A DNA stretch of 64,000 nucleotides from Lama glama (taxonomy: Eukaryota), in assembly GCA_028534125.1 (NCBI GenBank), contig CM052817.1, positions 24,554,001 to 24,618,000 of the forward strand, read 5' to 3'. The notes under the pieces are model-generated. The model was not told the origin of the DNA. It searched no databases and was given only the letters and a program-made list of their open reading frames with translations. Positions 38,874 to 51,522 of the stretch are shown one piece after another; the stretch's first letter is position 1, and each line of letters opens with the position of its first letter. The translations under genes and the position numbers were made by a program.

Positions 38874-39764
38874 TTCACAGTGGGTGACAGTTCACAATTT
38901 CAAGAAAGTTAGGAGGAAACTCTGCTTTCCCCTGCAGCCATGGCTGGTGCCAGCCAGATTCTACCCTGATTTTGCATGCATCCTAGGATGATTCCTTGGC
39001 CTGTTAGGCAATTACCTTTCAGCTGGCCCTTGTGTTTTGCTTTATTTCCCTGAACTTTTTTTTTTTTTTTTGGAGTGACCTTTAAGTCACAGGGACTTAA
39101 TAATTTGGTGACTGTTATAAAAGTGTTTCTTTCAATACACACCCCCTATGTGTCCTCTCTAGGGGTAATTTTATAAATCATTTTTCAAAACCCTGCTTTT
39201 TTGTAATGCTGGGCTCAACAACTGATTTCTTTAAAAATTGAGAAGTTTAAAGAATTGGGCATTTTGCTGAAATTCACAAGGACTCATTTGTTGTTTTAAA
39301 GCTGTTGAGGGAACCAATATTTGTTTTTATACAATTATAAACTGTAAAACTAATGGAGTAGTTTGATTTCATTTGTGTTGAAGTTATAAAACTGGCTACA
39401 ATGGCAATTCAGATTCTATCACTCAACTTTCAGACTAATTGTACAAAGGAAAGCCAGAGGTGAACAAATGCTTAGTAATTTGGACTCCTCCATGTCCCCT
39501 ACCCCTTCTCGCACCAAAAAACAAAACAAAACAAAAACAACTCTTTTACTCTGGTTTCAGGATAATTCAGTGGAAAACCATATAGTAGTACATGAATTTG
39601 TGCAAGGTTTCATTATATTTAAGTTTCAGAAAAAGGCAGCACTTTCTGGTATGTTCTACTGGGTTTTCACAGGAAGAACTGTGATGTGCAAAGCTAAGGT
39701 GGTCCATCGAACCTGAGGGTCTGAATAAATGTAACAAAACACATATGGAACAATGTTTCCACGT

Positions 39765-41380
39765 TTGCAACCACTGAGGCCTGTTGTTTCTTCACTTCAC
39801 AGAGCAAACCAAGACACAGAGCGGCTGAACAGATCACCCAGAGTCACACAGAGAAGCTAGAATTCACTCAGCCAGGCTAGCTCCAGGTTATCACTCTGGT
39901 GCCATGTTTTTGTGTGTCACAAAGCACATTTCCTAATTCGTTTTATCACTTAATCCTACTAATATCCCCAGGAGATACTAGAGTTGTATTATTGCTTGTT
40001 CACTGGAGTCAACTGAGACAAGAAGCATGAAGCAGAGTGGACGGGGGTTGTCCCCTGAAGTCATTTCAGCCCCAGTTCCCTGACAGCTTGGCTCCTCCTC
40101 TCCTCTCATGCCTCCGTCTCTCAGGGAGGTTGGTTTTGCTGAGGAACATTCTCGTTAAATGAAAACATAAACTGTGTCTTGACCAGACAAGTGAAGGCAG
40201 ACCTGTCCCAGGTGAAGCAGGGTGGACCGGGCACTTACACATCCCTCCTGTCCCGCCCATTCCCATCCCGCCCCCAGCGCCCCCAGGTGGCTCCATGGAA
40301 CACAGCTGGGTACCCACTGCTTCACCCCATGCGTGTTACCTTCCCAGAGGTACAAAATGGGTTTGTTCTCCCTGGAAGGCTGAGTGGTGATAGGGGAAAT
40401 TAGCATGGAGAGGCCAGAAATTCCTGGACACAGGAAGAGCACAGAAGAAAAAGCCAGCTTTTTTTTAGTTGGGTATAAATCAGGATTTGAACTTGGTGCT
40501 TGTGAGCTGCAGTCTGTTGTTCATCTGTAAAAGGGGAATAAGCAGTGATGTCTTTCGTCAAGTGCTTCTGGTAGGCCAAGTTTCTAGGCACTCTTTCATT
40601 TAATCCTTGCAGAAAAATTCTGAGGTGCAGCTATTGTCATCCCCAACTTACAGATGAAAACTTAAGGCTCAGAGAGATGAGCTAACTCCCCCAAGCCTAC
40701 TAGGTTAGAAGATGGCAGAGTTGGAATTCAAAACCACATCGGTCTATCAAGTCTATGCCCTTAACTGACATTGGATTGGGGAAATTATGAGATAAAGCTC
40801 CTAATGTGTGTCAGGGACATAGTAGGTGTCTAATAAATGGCAGATGTTGTTTTAGGGAGATAACATTATTTAAGAGTACAGACTCTGAACTCATACTGTC
40901 AGGGTTCAGGTATCTGCTCTACTGTTCACGTGAGCAGATATCTGTTCACATGATGTGTGATTATGGAGATTATGGACAAATTTTTTAAATCTCTCTAGGC
41001 TTCAATTATCCCATTTATAAAATTGGAATAATATTAGCACCTACTACACAGTTTTTGTGACAATCAAGTGAGATACTGTGTTACTTAGCACTGGCCCTTA
41101 CCCACTGTGTGTGTTAAATAAACTTTGATACAATTAGGATCTCTGTGTCAAAGAACCAGAAACAGGAGACCAAAAAAAGTGGATTTTCCAAGTAGCCTCC
41201 ATTTATCTCATTTTGTTTTCACCAAATCTTGTATTAAGTGGTGCTACATCATTCCCATTTTATAAATGATACTTTGAGAGGTTTTAAAACATTTTTCTCA
41301 AATGCTTATAACCGGTAAGTAATGGAACTGGAATGTGAGCCCAGGCAGGGGGACTTCTGAGCCCGCATCGTCATTCTGCC
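39765..41380. mobile_element. Cluster of MIR SINEs in both orientations
   Basis: MIR cores at ~39.78-39.90 kb (-), 39.93-40.03 (-), 40.47-40.85 (+, split by a - MIR at ~40.56-40.77), 40.86-41.12 (+) and 41.25-41.38 (-). Confidence 0.7.
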
Positions 41381-42629
41381 TCCATTCAGACAAGCTGGTG
41401 AAGATACTTTCCCTAGTCTTGAGGAGCCCAAGTGTCAGGGGTGCAGCAGATTAGAGAAATGCTATTCTCTTCCCTGATGAAATTCAGAACCAGTTGTGAG
41501 AGGCTGTTGCATGAATTAGGTAGATGGAGATTTTAAATGTCACCTTTTTCACGGTAAAGCTGTTGAAGAGCGTGGCTTAGATCTGATACCAAGCAGAATT
41601 ATTCAATCTTTCATAAGGCAGAATGACCCACCCACTGGCCAGCCTCACACCTCATCCCCAACCCCAACCCCACGAAGCCTGCCCTGGAGGATTGGAGCTG
41701 AGTGAGGGCTTCCTGTCAGCAGAAAGATCCCTGGAAGAGAGAAGGGCAGACTCATTTGTCTCCCATGGTCTCTCCCACATCACCAGTTGGATAAGTGACT
41801 CCTCCACTCCTGGATGGAGTGAGTGAAGGTGCAGAAAGGCAAGGCGTGTTACTCTAATGAATAAACACCCTGGGTGGGGTGTAAGATCACATTTAATGTT
41901 CCCAGATTTGAGTTCTCTCAACTTTGCTGGGCTCAGTCTTTAAGAATATGGGTCATCCAGGTGTGTGACTGACCCCTCAGGTGAGATTAACATCCGTCAG
42001 AGCAGGACAGCTCCCAGATTCACGCAGCCACTCTTCCAGACCAGCCACTGCTCCTCTGGGTTTCCTCCCTGGACCATAGCAAGGCAGTGTTCACTTTGAC
42101 CCCAGAAAGCTCCAGAATAGCTCAGAAATACACAATTATTAAATTAATGTGAAAGCTACTCTGTACCTAAATCTGAAATTCAGTCTGTATTCTATTTCTC
42201 ATCCCAAATTGTGTGCCACATTGTCCAATACAGCCCTTCAGAAGTTCTATAACGAGATTTAAAAACAGCATACAGCTATTCCAATAATGAAATGCTAATA
42301 ATATAAACAGTTCTACTGAATATAAATCTCACCCCATTATTAATTACATAGGGAGAAATTAACTTTAAAAGATTAACATTCAAAAAATTAAAGTAGAATG
42401 TAGTTAAGTCAAATTTCAAAATAACTGAAAATTCTTTTGCTTTTGTGGGATAAAATTTTTTAAATTACAGTTCAAAATTTATCTTCAGTATCTTATTCTG
42501 TTCAGTCTCATTCACAGTCTTGATACCTAGGACAAGCTTGGGCTCTGGGTGGGTGTTACTGCTTCCGCATCTCAGAAATGAACCATCATTCTGTGATTCC
42601 AAAAAGATAATAAAACATAGCTAACCATC

Positions 42630-45600
42630 GTGGTGCTGATCCCACACCCATGAAATTAGGAACACAAGCCAACCCCAGGCCCTAAAGAAGGTAGCCCAGG
42701 CACCCTTACGTTCTGCCAATCCATACTTGATATTGCGAAAAACCGTAGCAGAGACTCAGCGCTAGCAAGTGAAAAAGAGTCAACAGAGGAAGTCCTGGTT
42801 TCCACCTCGCCGGGGTGCCGGTTGGTCTGTGCATGCGCTCCAGCGACCATGACCTAGATTCTTTGGGGAGAATGTTCCCATTAAGAGATTAACTTTGGCA
42901 TTTTCACTTTGTTTACGAATTCAGGAGGACACTTCTCACATGTACTGCCCCCTCACAGGACCTAGCATTGAGACACTCCTGCCTTGCGAACTGAAATATT
43001 TGGAATGATGCCAACCTCAGGCATCGAGCTTTATATGAGAGTTGCCTGCCTCTCCAAGGGGAAAGATGACTGGGGAAGACGGTGCTCTCCCACACCTCTC
43101 CCTCCTCCTCCCCCTTCGAGCCCATGTTTCCTGCACCCCAATCTGCACTGGGGGCTTGGACCCTAGTGATGGAACCACAGCCTTCTATGAAACTCTTGTC
43201 ACAAGTGTCCATCACTATCCCCTGCTATAGCATCACTTATATCTAAGAAGTGTGGTTCCTGGGGAAGATTTTTGCTGAATCCACACGTTTCAACTGGAGA
43301 ATTCCCTAAGATTCCTGAACTGAAAGTGCTGTTGGTGTCTTGGGAGCCTGTTGAAAACCACTTCTGGCACGCTCTCCTTCGGGTTTTGGCTGTCTGACGC
43401 CTGGGCGCCTTTCTCTGTGCACACTTTCTCTGCGGTAGCATCGTCTAGTCTTTTAGGAACTCTCAGGGGAATTTCCAGCAGCTGACTTCTTACCTGGGTC
43501 TATTCCCTTTTCTGACACCTATTCACTGAATTTGAGGGCCATTTCCCCCTTTTGATTTATAGACAAGAACAATTGATTTTCTAAGATATCTCTTTAGATT
43601 TCATCCTCTGGGGTCTTCCATGGTGAGAAATACAAAATTAGGAGTTCTTGGTGTGCCAGAGACTTCTACTTTACAAACAAATCACGCCTCCCTGCCCCTC
43701 CCTGCACTGGCGAATTCACCTAGGTGATACTCCCATAGGATCGGCAGGGAACCTAGACCTGGACGTGCTCCATTATTGTTCCACCCGGTCACATGGAGGG
43801 TGTCTCACTTTCTCTGTCCTCAAGTTCTTGTCTCATCAATTTATCAAGCAAGTCCCTCAGAGCCTGGTAAACACATGCACACCCTCTACCATGGCTTTGT
43901 CACCTGAAGACTCATCCAGAAATACTCTGCTGCCTTCTCCAGTCATTTCATATCAAATCTGGCCACATAGGTAACCACTTTCTACAGTGGCCCAATCATC
44001 AGAAGGTCAGTCCTCAACGGCTTTTACTGGAGACAATGCAGGTTTTTGAGTTGTTTGCAAATGTTTTTCCAGAATCTGGCGCCCTCTAGGGGAGTCATTT
44101 TGGGTGGTTTTTTGTCCTCTGCGGGGTTTCCTGAGACAGCTCAAATCCCTCTTTCTGACCTCATATCAACTGAAAGGTATCTCTTTAATGGGAGCAGGCA
44201 GACTTAGGCACATCTCCTTGTGTTCTGTAGCTGTCTCTTCAGGCCTTCAAAGATCTCGTATCTATCTAGCCTGTCTTCTAAGATGTCAGCCTCTCCCTCA
44301 GGGCAACCTTTCTTTCCTTCAGCTTTTGATCCGTTTATTTATTGTGTTTTCAGTCTTCTGCTGCTCCTGATCTGATTGTCATGTCAAAGCACATTTTCCA
44401 AAGCACTTGAGTTTTTCCTTTATCCCCTGATTCCTAGGGACAAGCCTTTGGGTTTGTGATAATTTTACTGAGTTGTTCTCTTCTTCAACCCAAGACGATG
44501 GCATATTCTATTTATCTATTCTGAACATACTACCCTTTACAGGTGACTCTCGAGAGCTTTTGGCAAGCACAAAATTCATTAGCTGTATTAATTCCCTGTT
44601 AGCCCTGAATGTAGTTCGTGGATTCTGGGGCAGCAAGAATCATGCTGCCTCCCTGGGCTGGGCAATAACAATTTAAAGCCAGAACATTCCAACATGCTCT
44701 GTGCACATGGAGCTCAGCTATTTCTGCTCTTTTGAGTCTTGGCTAGTAGGCCCAGCAAAGAAACAGCAGCAAAAAGCCACTCAGTTCCTGACCATCTAAA
44801 AGGCCTGTCCAAATGAACACTTTCCCCATCTTGACCTCCCTGATGACTGCTTTCCAAGGCTGGCAGCTACAGTCCTGCCTGGATGTAAACCTCTCCTTGC
44901 CCATACAGAAACAGCCATTCACCTGTGAATAAAGCCATACTAAGCCAGAGTAGGAATCCCACAAGACCCACACTTGCCAAGGCCAGATGCCTTTTGCTCA
45001 GCTGACCAGTAAAAGCCAACAGTAAAAACCAGCTGCATGGCACTATACAGACACCAGTCAACTACCATGAACCCTCCATGCTGACCCAAAGGCCCAAAGC
45101 CAGTACCTTGGCCCCACTAAAACCCTCTCTACTCTTGGTCTGTTTCTCAGACTTCCCAGATGAACACACCAGACATTGGGAATTTAAGGCAATCAGTAAA
45201 TAACAGTCCTCTTACCCATGCTTAAATTCTGAATCCACTGAGATAAACACAGGAGTCAGGCAACAATTTAAAATCTCAACTTTTCTGTGAATCTAGCCAT
45301 TGGGAATTCCCAGGTAAATGTGAGTGTCAAATTTCACAATCACTTACCACCCACCACTGGACCTCAGGCCGCACCCCCTCCCGGAGGGGACCTGTCTGCA
45401 TCCAACTAGCTGCTCAGAGGGGCAGAGCTGAACACGTTCTCTGCCAAGAAGAGATGCCCAGCTCCATCTCCCAAAGCCTCAAGAGTGTCATTCCCCAACC
45501 CTAGAGAGGATGACTGAAGGAGGGTGAGAAATGGAAAGCGGCACTCCAATGGGAGTCCCTCCCCGTGAAAACACCAGGAGCACAAAGTTCCACCTTAACA

Positions 45601-45660
45601 CTAAGCCCAAGAACACATCCAACAGGAAAGCATGTGCTGTATCATCAGAACAAGGGAGGG
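42630..45660 (-). mobile_element. Putative ancient Gypsy LTR-retrotransposon internal region (decayed gag, MamGyp-like)
   Basis: Frame-broken minus-strand peptides DDWATVE…ARFDM…LRDLLDKLMRQE…IMEH and CYSRG*[fs]DGHL*QEF (CX2CX4HX4C spacing). A polypurine tract at 43117-43095 is followed by TGT. Boundaries uncertain. Confidence 0.5.
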
Positions 45661-45722
45661 AAATGCATCAACTGATTTGACATAATACTGTGTGATATGA
45701 CAACATATGGTAAATGTGTACG

Positions 45723-45744
45723 CACACACACACACACACACACA
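45723..45744. repeat. (CA)n microsatellite
   Basis: cacaca… run directly before the Tigger5 TIR. Confidence 0.95.
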
Positions 45745-46220
45745 GATCTGCCTCAACTTACATCCCAATAAATCCACCTTAAGTTGAAAATCTCCTACAT
45801 CAAAAATGCATTTAACACATCATAACTTAGCCCAGCCTACCTTAACATGATCAGAACACTTAACATTAGCCTACAGTTGGTCAAAATCATCCAACACAAG
45901 GCCTATTTTATAATGAAGTGTTAACTATCTCATGTAATTTATTGAAGACTGTACAGAAACGGAACAACAGAATGGTTGTCTGGGTCCGGCATGGGTATAA
46001 GTGTATCAGTTACTTCCCCCGTGACCGCGTGGCTGGCTGGGACCTGTGGCTCACTGCCCTGCCCAGCAGCATGAGAGAGTGTTAGACCACATACCACTAG
46101 CCCAGGAAAAGATCAAAGTTCAAAATTTGGAGTTCAGTTTCTACTGAATGCATACCAGTTTCCCACCATCATAAAGTCGAAAAATCCTAAGTCAAACCAT
46201 TGTAAGTTGGGGACTGTCTG
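45743..46220. mobile_element. Tigger5/MER47-type DNA transposon
   Basis: cagat…tcaacttac…aaaatgcatttaa…cattagcctacagttgg…tcaaaccattgtaagttggggactgtctg. Confidence 0.9.
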
Positions 46221-46999
46221 TCTATCATATGGTGTGTTATGCCGTTTGATGTATTATAGCATATGATAGATACACACACAACCCTATTATTATGACAGAA
46301 ATTAATGGGCAGTGGGATAAGGGATTTCTGGTATTATTGATAAGACAAGAACAACAATAATATTTACCAAGTCCTTTTACCACAGGACTTACCATAGGCC
46401 AGGAATTCCACTAAGTGCACTTACTAACTCATGTACTTGACCACAGAGCTTGAGCTTTTAACCATGTGGCTATTCACTGTTATCTAAAACTGAATTCCCT
46501 AAAGAAATACTTAAGGGATTAAATGAAGTTTTTTAAAATCTCTAAAAATGTGTCCTTCTCTCAGCGAACACATCACCCCACCAAGGCAGTTGCCATGAAG
46601 AAGCTGTCACTTGAAAGCTCAAGAGGCATTATTTCTTCCCTTGCTGGTGGATATTTAGGGATTTTGTAAGATTTATCTCCAGCACTTGTTCATCATAATA
46701 AGTTTTGTTATTTCTACGTAAAGGAAGCTTTCCAGGGATTTCTGCCACTAACCTGTACTAATGTGGTCTAAAAAATAAAAGCAATCCTAAATGTATATTG
46801 AAATAAACTACAATTTATTAAAAAAAAATGAATCCCAAGCAAAAGTACATTGACATGAAACCATCATGAATTTACAGGTATTTTCTCAGCTAAAAAGTTG
46901 AATGTAGAAATGTAACATCATTTCAGCTGTATCTGGCCACCTGTTAATACGCAGCCCCTAACTGGTGGTGTCAGATCTTGGTCCTGGGTGCTTACTGGG

Positions 47000-47270
47000 C
47001 TCTCCTCATATACAGACTCTCCAGAAAGGTCTCCAGTGTCATCAGTAGGCTGATGGCACCTACATGTGCAGTGCCAGCTCTGACCTCTGCTTCAAGCCCC
47101 GGGCTCCCTATCAACACCTAGCTGTCTCACATTCACTGCAAACTTGTATGTCCAGAGCATACTTTTTAATTTTCACCCTTATATCTCCCTGTCTGCTTCT
47201 CTTCCAGTTCAGTAAATGCACCACCATGACTTGCATTGTTCAAGCAAGAGACCAGGACATTCTCCTAAAT
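47000..47270 (+). mobile_element. L2 fragment
   Basis: ccagctctgacctctgcttcaagc…tcagtaaatgcaccacc…gttcaagcaaga. Confidence 0.55.
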
Positions 47271-47894
47271 TAGCACTTCCAATAGAAGTACAATGTGAAC
47301 CACATATGTTGTGTTACAGTTTCCAGGAGTCACATTTTAAAATACAATTAATTTAATAATACAGGCCCACTTCGTTTATTGTGCTTTGCTTAATGGCACT
47401 TTGCAGATTCTGTGATTCTTTTTTTTTTTTTACAAATTGAAGGTTTGTGGCAAACTTACATTGTCAGATAATAGCATTTTTTAGCAATAAAGTATTTTTT
47501 CATTCAAGTGTGCACATTGTTTAAGCATAATGCTATTGTACACTTAATAGACTACAGTATAGTGTAAACATAAATTTATATGCACTGAAACCAAAAAATT
47601 CGTGTGACTTGCTTTATTGCGATATTTGCTTTATGACGGTGGTCTGGAACTGAACCTGCGATATCTTCAAGGTATGCCTGTAATTGTATGTACTAATAAT
47701 ACATTGTATTTAACCCAATATATCCAAAATGTTGCCATTTCTGTATCAATATAAAAATTATTAATAAGATAGTTTACCTTTTTTTGTGCGAAGCCTTTGG
47801 AATCCAGAATGCATTTTACAAACTCAACAGTTCATCTCATTTCAAGTGCTCAGTGGCTGCCTGTGGCTAGTGGCTACCATATGGAATATTGCAG
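47271..47894. mobile_element. MER33-like hAT element, split by a Tigger1 MITE
   Basis: ttccaatagaagtacaatgtgaaccacatatg…|…tatttaacccaatatatccaaaat…tttcaagtgctcagtggc…tgtggctagtggctaccat. Confidence 0.85.
47362..47680. mobile_element. Tigger1-derived MITE (Tigger1a_Art-like)
   Basis: Ends caggc… and …ggtatgcctg with TA TSDs; internal tacaaattgaaggtttgtggcaa and cacttaatagactacagtatagtgtaaacataa. Confidence 0.9.
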
Positions 47895-48019
47895 TCTTAA
47901 ATCTAAGATTTATCTTTTTGTCTTCCTCCATCTGGCAGCCAAATTAACCATTTTAAAGTATTTATTCTTGTAACAAACATTAAATGATCTTGTGCCAGGC
48001 TTTATCTTAGGTGTTATAC

Positions 48020-48240
48020 GCAGCAATAGTGGGTTAAGAGCAGCTTACCCAGGTATAAATACTGCCCCTACCTACTAGCTGAGTGCCCTTGAGCAAACTG
48101 TTAAACCAATCTGTGCCTTAGTTTCCTCATCTCTAAAATGGGAACAATAATAGTATGTGCCTTATGGGGTTGTCGTGAGGATCCATTTAGTTAATAGATA
48201 CAGAGTACTTGGTATGTAGAAAGCACTTCATTAGTAATAG
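48020..48240 (+). mobile_element. MIR SINE
   Basis: ctactagctgagtgcccttgagcaaa…tctgtgccttagtttcctcatctctaaaatgggaacaataatagta. Confidence 0.85.
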
Positions 48241-48289
48241 TGACCTTTTGCAAGTCATTCTACAGGTTTGAATTTTGGGTTACTGACTT

Positions 48290-48477
48290 TTTTTCTAAGT
48301 GATTTTGATGTTTTGGTAAAATGTATATCATAAAATTTGCCATTGTACAATTCTGTGGCATTAATTACATTCGCACTGTTGTGCAACCATCACCACTAGC
48401 TAATTCCAAGACTCATCATGCCAAACGAAGCCCGCACACAGTAAGCAGTAACTCCTCCCTCCCCCCGCTCCCCAGTG
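48290..48477 (-). mobile_element. Short L1 (L1MB-like) 3' end with TSD
   Basis: cataaaatttgccatt…gttgtgcaaccatcaccact, with a perfect 14-bp TSD tgggttactgactt at 48276-48289 and 48478-48491. Confidence 0.85.
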
Positions 48478-48491
48478 TGGGTTACTGACTT

Positions 48492-48720
48492 CAGTTTCCC
48501 TTATGGAGTCTACATCCAGTTGAGGAAGGACAGAGATTGAACAAATAAAAAGATATTTAACATAATGTCTGCTCATGCTAAATGCTGGTGAGACAAGAAA
48601 ACCTGGGAAAGGGATGGAGGGCAGGAACGCCCTCACCGATAGCAGGACAGGCCCCTCTGAGATGTTGCCTGAAGCAGTGAAAGAAGTGAAGGTGTGGGCT
48701 GTGCAAAAATCCTTCAGTTG
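48492..48720 (-). mobile_element. L2 fragment
   Basis: cccttatggagtctacatccagttgaggaaggacaga…aacaaataaa…ggcccctctgagatg. Confidence 0.6.
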
Positions 48721-49394
48721 AAATAAAACCAAAATTGGTTCCTCGGCCCAGAGGCCTCTCTGAGCCTCTGCCCCAGGGCCCTCCACTCCCCGCTGTGGGG
48801 CTGTTCATTCCCCTTTCCTTTAAATGGATCTACTTTGAAGCCGAGATTCAGAAAAGAAAAAATTGCAGTGTGCTTCTATTTTGTACTAATTTAATACACT
48901 TATTACTGTTACAAACCTCACATTTCTTACATTTTTGTCATAGAAGCAAACAGTGAATATGATTGGACTTAAATTCTGCTTTCTGTCTCTTTGTACCTTT
49001 GTGACTAGATTTCCAACCTCCCTCTGCCCTCTGCTGGCTCCACAGTGACAAAGCTGCCATTTACCAAGGGCTGGTCACGTCACCTCACCTTTCTGGACTC
49101 AGTTTCTGCCCTGGGGGAAGGGATGGAATTACCAGGTGCTTGTGGTGATGGAGCCGAGGCAGGCACAGGGTCTTATCTTTCCCTCGGTGGTACCTACTGT
49201 TGATGTAACTATTGTTTTCTGAATAGCCACGCTCCTTTTCTAATAAAATAAATCATTTTGGGGGCAGATGTAAAATTAATATTAAATCATATACATCTTT
49301 ATTTTTCCTTTGCCCTACGGAGTTCAGAATGGGGTTGTGCTTTCCATTCCTTAAAGAGAGGGTTCCATCTAGTGGCCAAACTGTAGTCTGTGGA

Positions 49395-49620
49395 TAGAGT
49401 GTTTTTCAATCCGTGAGTCTTGAAAAATACATTTTTTAATGGAATAAAATAGAATGTAAAGTATCAGAGTGATACGAACTGTTTTGTAAAGTTTAACAGA
49501 TACATTCCACGAAAAATTATTGTATTGTAATATTAAAACATACTCGTGTGTGTAGTAGGGCCCAACATGAACCGCTTTTTCTGATAGTGGCCATTTTTAA
49601 AACATTCAGAAAGTCACCGG
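49395..49620. mobile_element. Charlie7a-like hAT fragment
   Basis: gtgtttttcaa…aatggaataaaatagaatgtaaagtatcagagtg…gaaagtcaccg. Confidence 0.5.
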
Positions 49621-49654
49621 TTTAGAAGCTCGGTTTAAGTTAGGGATGAATATT

Positions 49655-49815
49655 GGGCTTAACGTGGGCTGAATACTAGAATTATTGAGGGAGCTTGAAA
49701 AATACTGTTGCTTTGTCCCCACTCCAGAGATTCTGGTCTAGGGTGTCACCTAGGCATCAGGATGCTTAAAAGCTACTCAGGTAATTGCCTGTGCAGTCCA
49801 GACTGGGACTTACCA
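49655..49815. mobile_element. MER5A-family hAT element
   Basis: gggagcttgaaaaatactg…ccccactccagagattctg…ggcatcagga…caggtaattg…gtgcag. Confidence 0.75.
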
Positions 49816-50409
49816 TCTGAGGTCCATCAAAAACTAGTTTTGTACATGAGAGAACTGTGATCCAGAGGGGTTAAAAGACTTGCCAAAAGTCACACTGGTA
49901 ATTAGTAGAAAAGTTTCATGAAGGACCTTGATGGATATGTTAGAACCTGTCAGAAGTTCAGGAACTGTTTTATTTCATATTTTGGAATGCTTTTAAGAGG
50001 GAAGGGGAGATAAAATGGAGAATTTATAATATCTATCTAATCTGTTTTCCAAGTTATAAATTGATTTTTTATATTTCAAAACATTTGTGGAGTTTATCTG
50101 TTAAATGTTCAGTTACAGAGCTAATTCAAATTAGATTCTGTGTGTCAATATCAACTACATCACTGATTTTTTTTGTTTTCACAACACCCAGTTTGAGGGC
50201 ATTTGCCACCTACATCCCTGAATTTAATAAGATGGCTCTACCTTCCTGTTACTATTTTCTCAGAAGTGATGTTTGTGTGTTGGTGATGCCTCATCTCCTG
50301 TTATTAACTAGGAAAGCACTGGTGACTGTCCATCAAAAACCACACACTCTACGAAGTGTGATGATTAAATGCAGAAGTGCTCATATTCCAGAACTCTGAT
50401 CAATAGAGA

Positions 50410-50830
50410 GAGAAGACACCCACATGGATTTTTAGGATTGAAAGGACATAAAAAAAACAGAGCATAAGAATTATAATATGAGCATATTCCTTATGTGTCA
50501 AAGTGCCCACAGCCAGCTGATAGGATAATATATACGTACTGGAGCAGTGGGTGTGCCGGGCAAGGGAGGCTTTGAGAAGATAATTTTTGAGTGGGGAGAA
50601 GGAGGGGTTTTGACTGAAATAAAGGCTTGAACTAAAGTTAATAATCATTTTGTTTAAGTTAGAGTGAAAAAAACAACTTTTTGTAATAGCAAAGGAGAAA
50701 TTGGGGAAGATGTTTTAGTAGGTGGGAGACGGGGAAAGAGAAATATCTGGTAAAGACATGTGAAGAGGTGAAATGGGTACATGAGTTTCCATTATGAGGA
50801 GTTTTTAATGGTAGGATGTTAGAGCTGCCA
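50410..50830 (-). mobile_element. L2 fragment
   Basis: gacacccacatggatttt…gtactggagcagtggg…ggaggctttgagaa…caaaggagaaattgggg. Confidence 0.45.
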
Positions 50831-51052
50831 AAAGAACTCAGATAAAGCCCACCTTCCTCGTCATCCAGAGGAAGAAGCTGAGACAAGGAGGCCTCAACAG
50901 TGTGGCACCATCCCCCCCAAGCTCTCCCTCTGGCTCCAGTGCCCTCCTCCAGTGTAGCAGTCGGCCTCACCTCACTGAATTTGAGAGGTAATGAGGAATG
51001 AATTAAAATATGAACACATAGAGATAGAAATAACCTCTTAAATCCATATGCC

Positions 51053-51410
51053 TATTAAAGGATAAAAAGGCATATTAAATTTTATAAGAATTTTAGCAAA
51101 AATTGATTCAAATCTGGCAGCATCTAATCTGTGCAAAATCAAAGACTTTTATAGGCAGAAGGGAACAGGAACAAAGAAGCTATAATGACAGAAAAGCAGA
51201 TTGGTTATTGCAAGGTTACTTTCCTTTAGGGGAAGGCAGGAGTCTATCAGGCAGATGACCTAACTAGGGCCGATCAGGCAATTCCTGATCGACTGGCTTA
51301 AGATTCCACTTCTGAAAGAGACAGAACTGGAATTCAGTTAAGTCTTAGTTTGGTGACGTGGGGCTTAGCATAAGTGACTCCATTTGGGGCCTACTATCCT
51401 GATTTTAACA
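51053..51410 (-). mobile_element. ERV1-class solo LTR
   Basis: Minus strand begins TGTTAAAA…ggccccaaatggagtcacttatgctaagcccc; inverted termini; 4-bp TSD tgcc/tgct. Confidence 0.8.
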
Positions 51411-51522
51411 TGCTTATGAGTATATCACACAGACTTGAGCCTAACAAGCTTCCATTAAAACTAAAGATAGAGCATAGATAATAAAATATGATCATTAGAC
51501 AGCTTAAACAAGAGACTTAGGT

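Noticed and set aside
49362..49378. CTCF-like TGGCCACTAGATGGAAC (minus strand)
   Set aside because: Mismatch at the conserved C of the GGC core; too weak without data.
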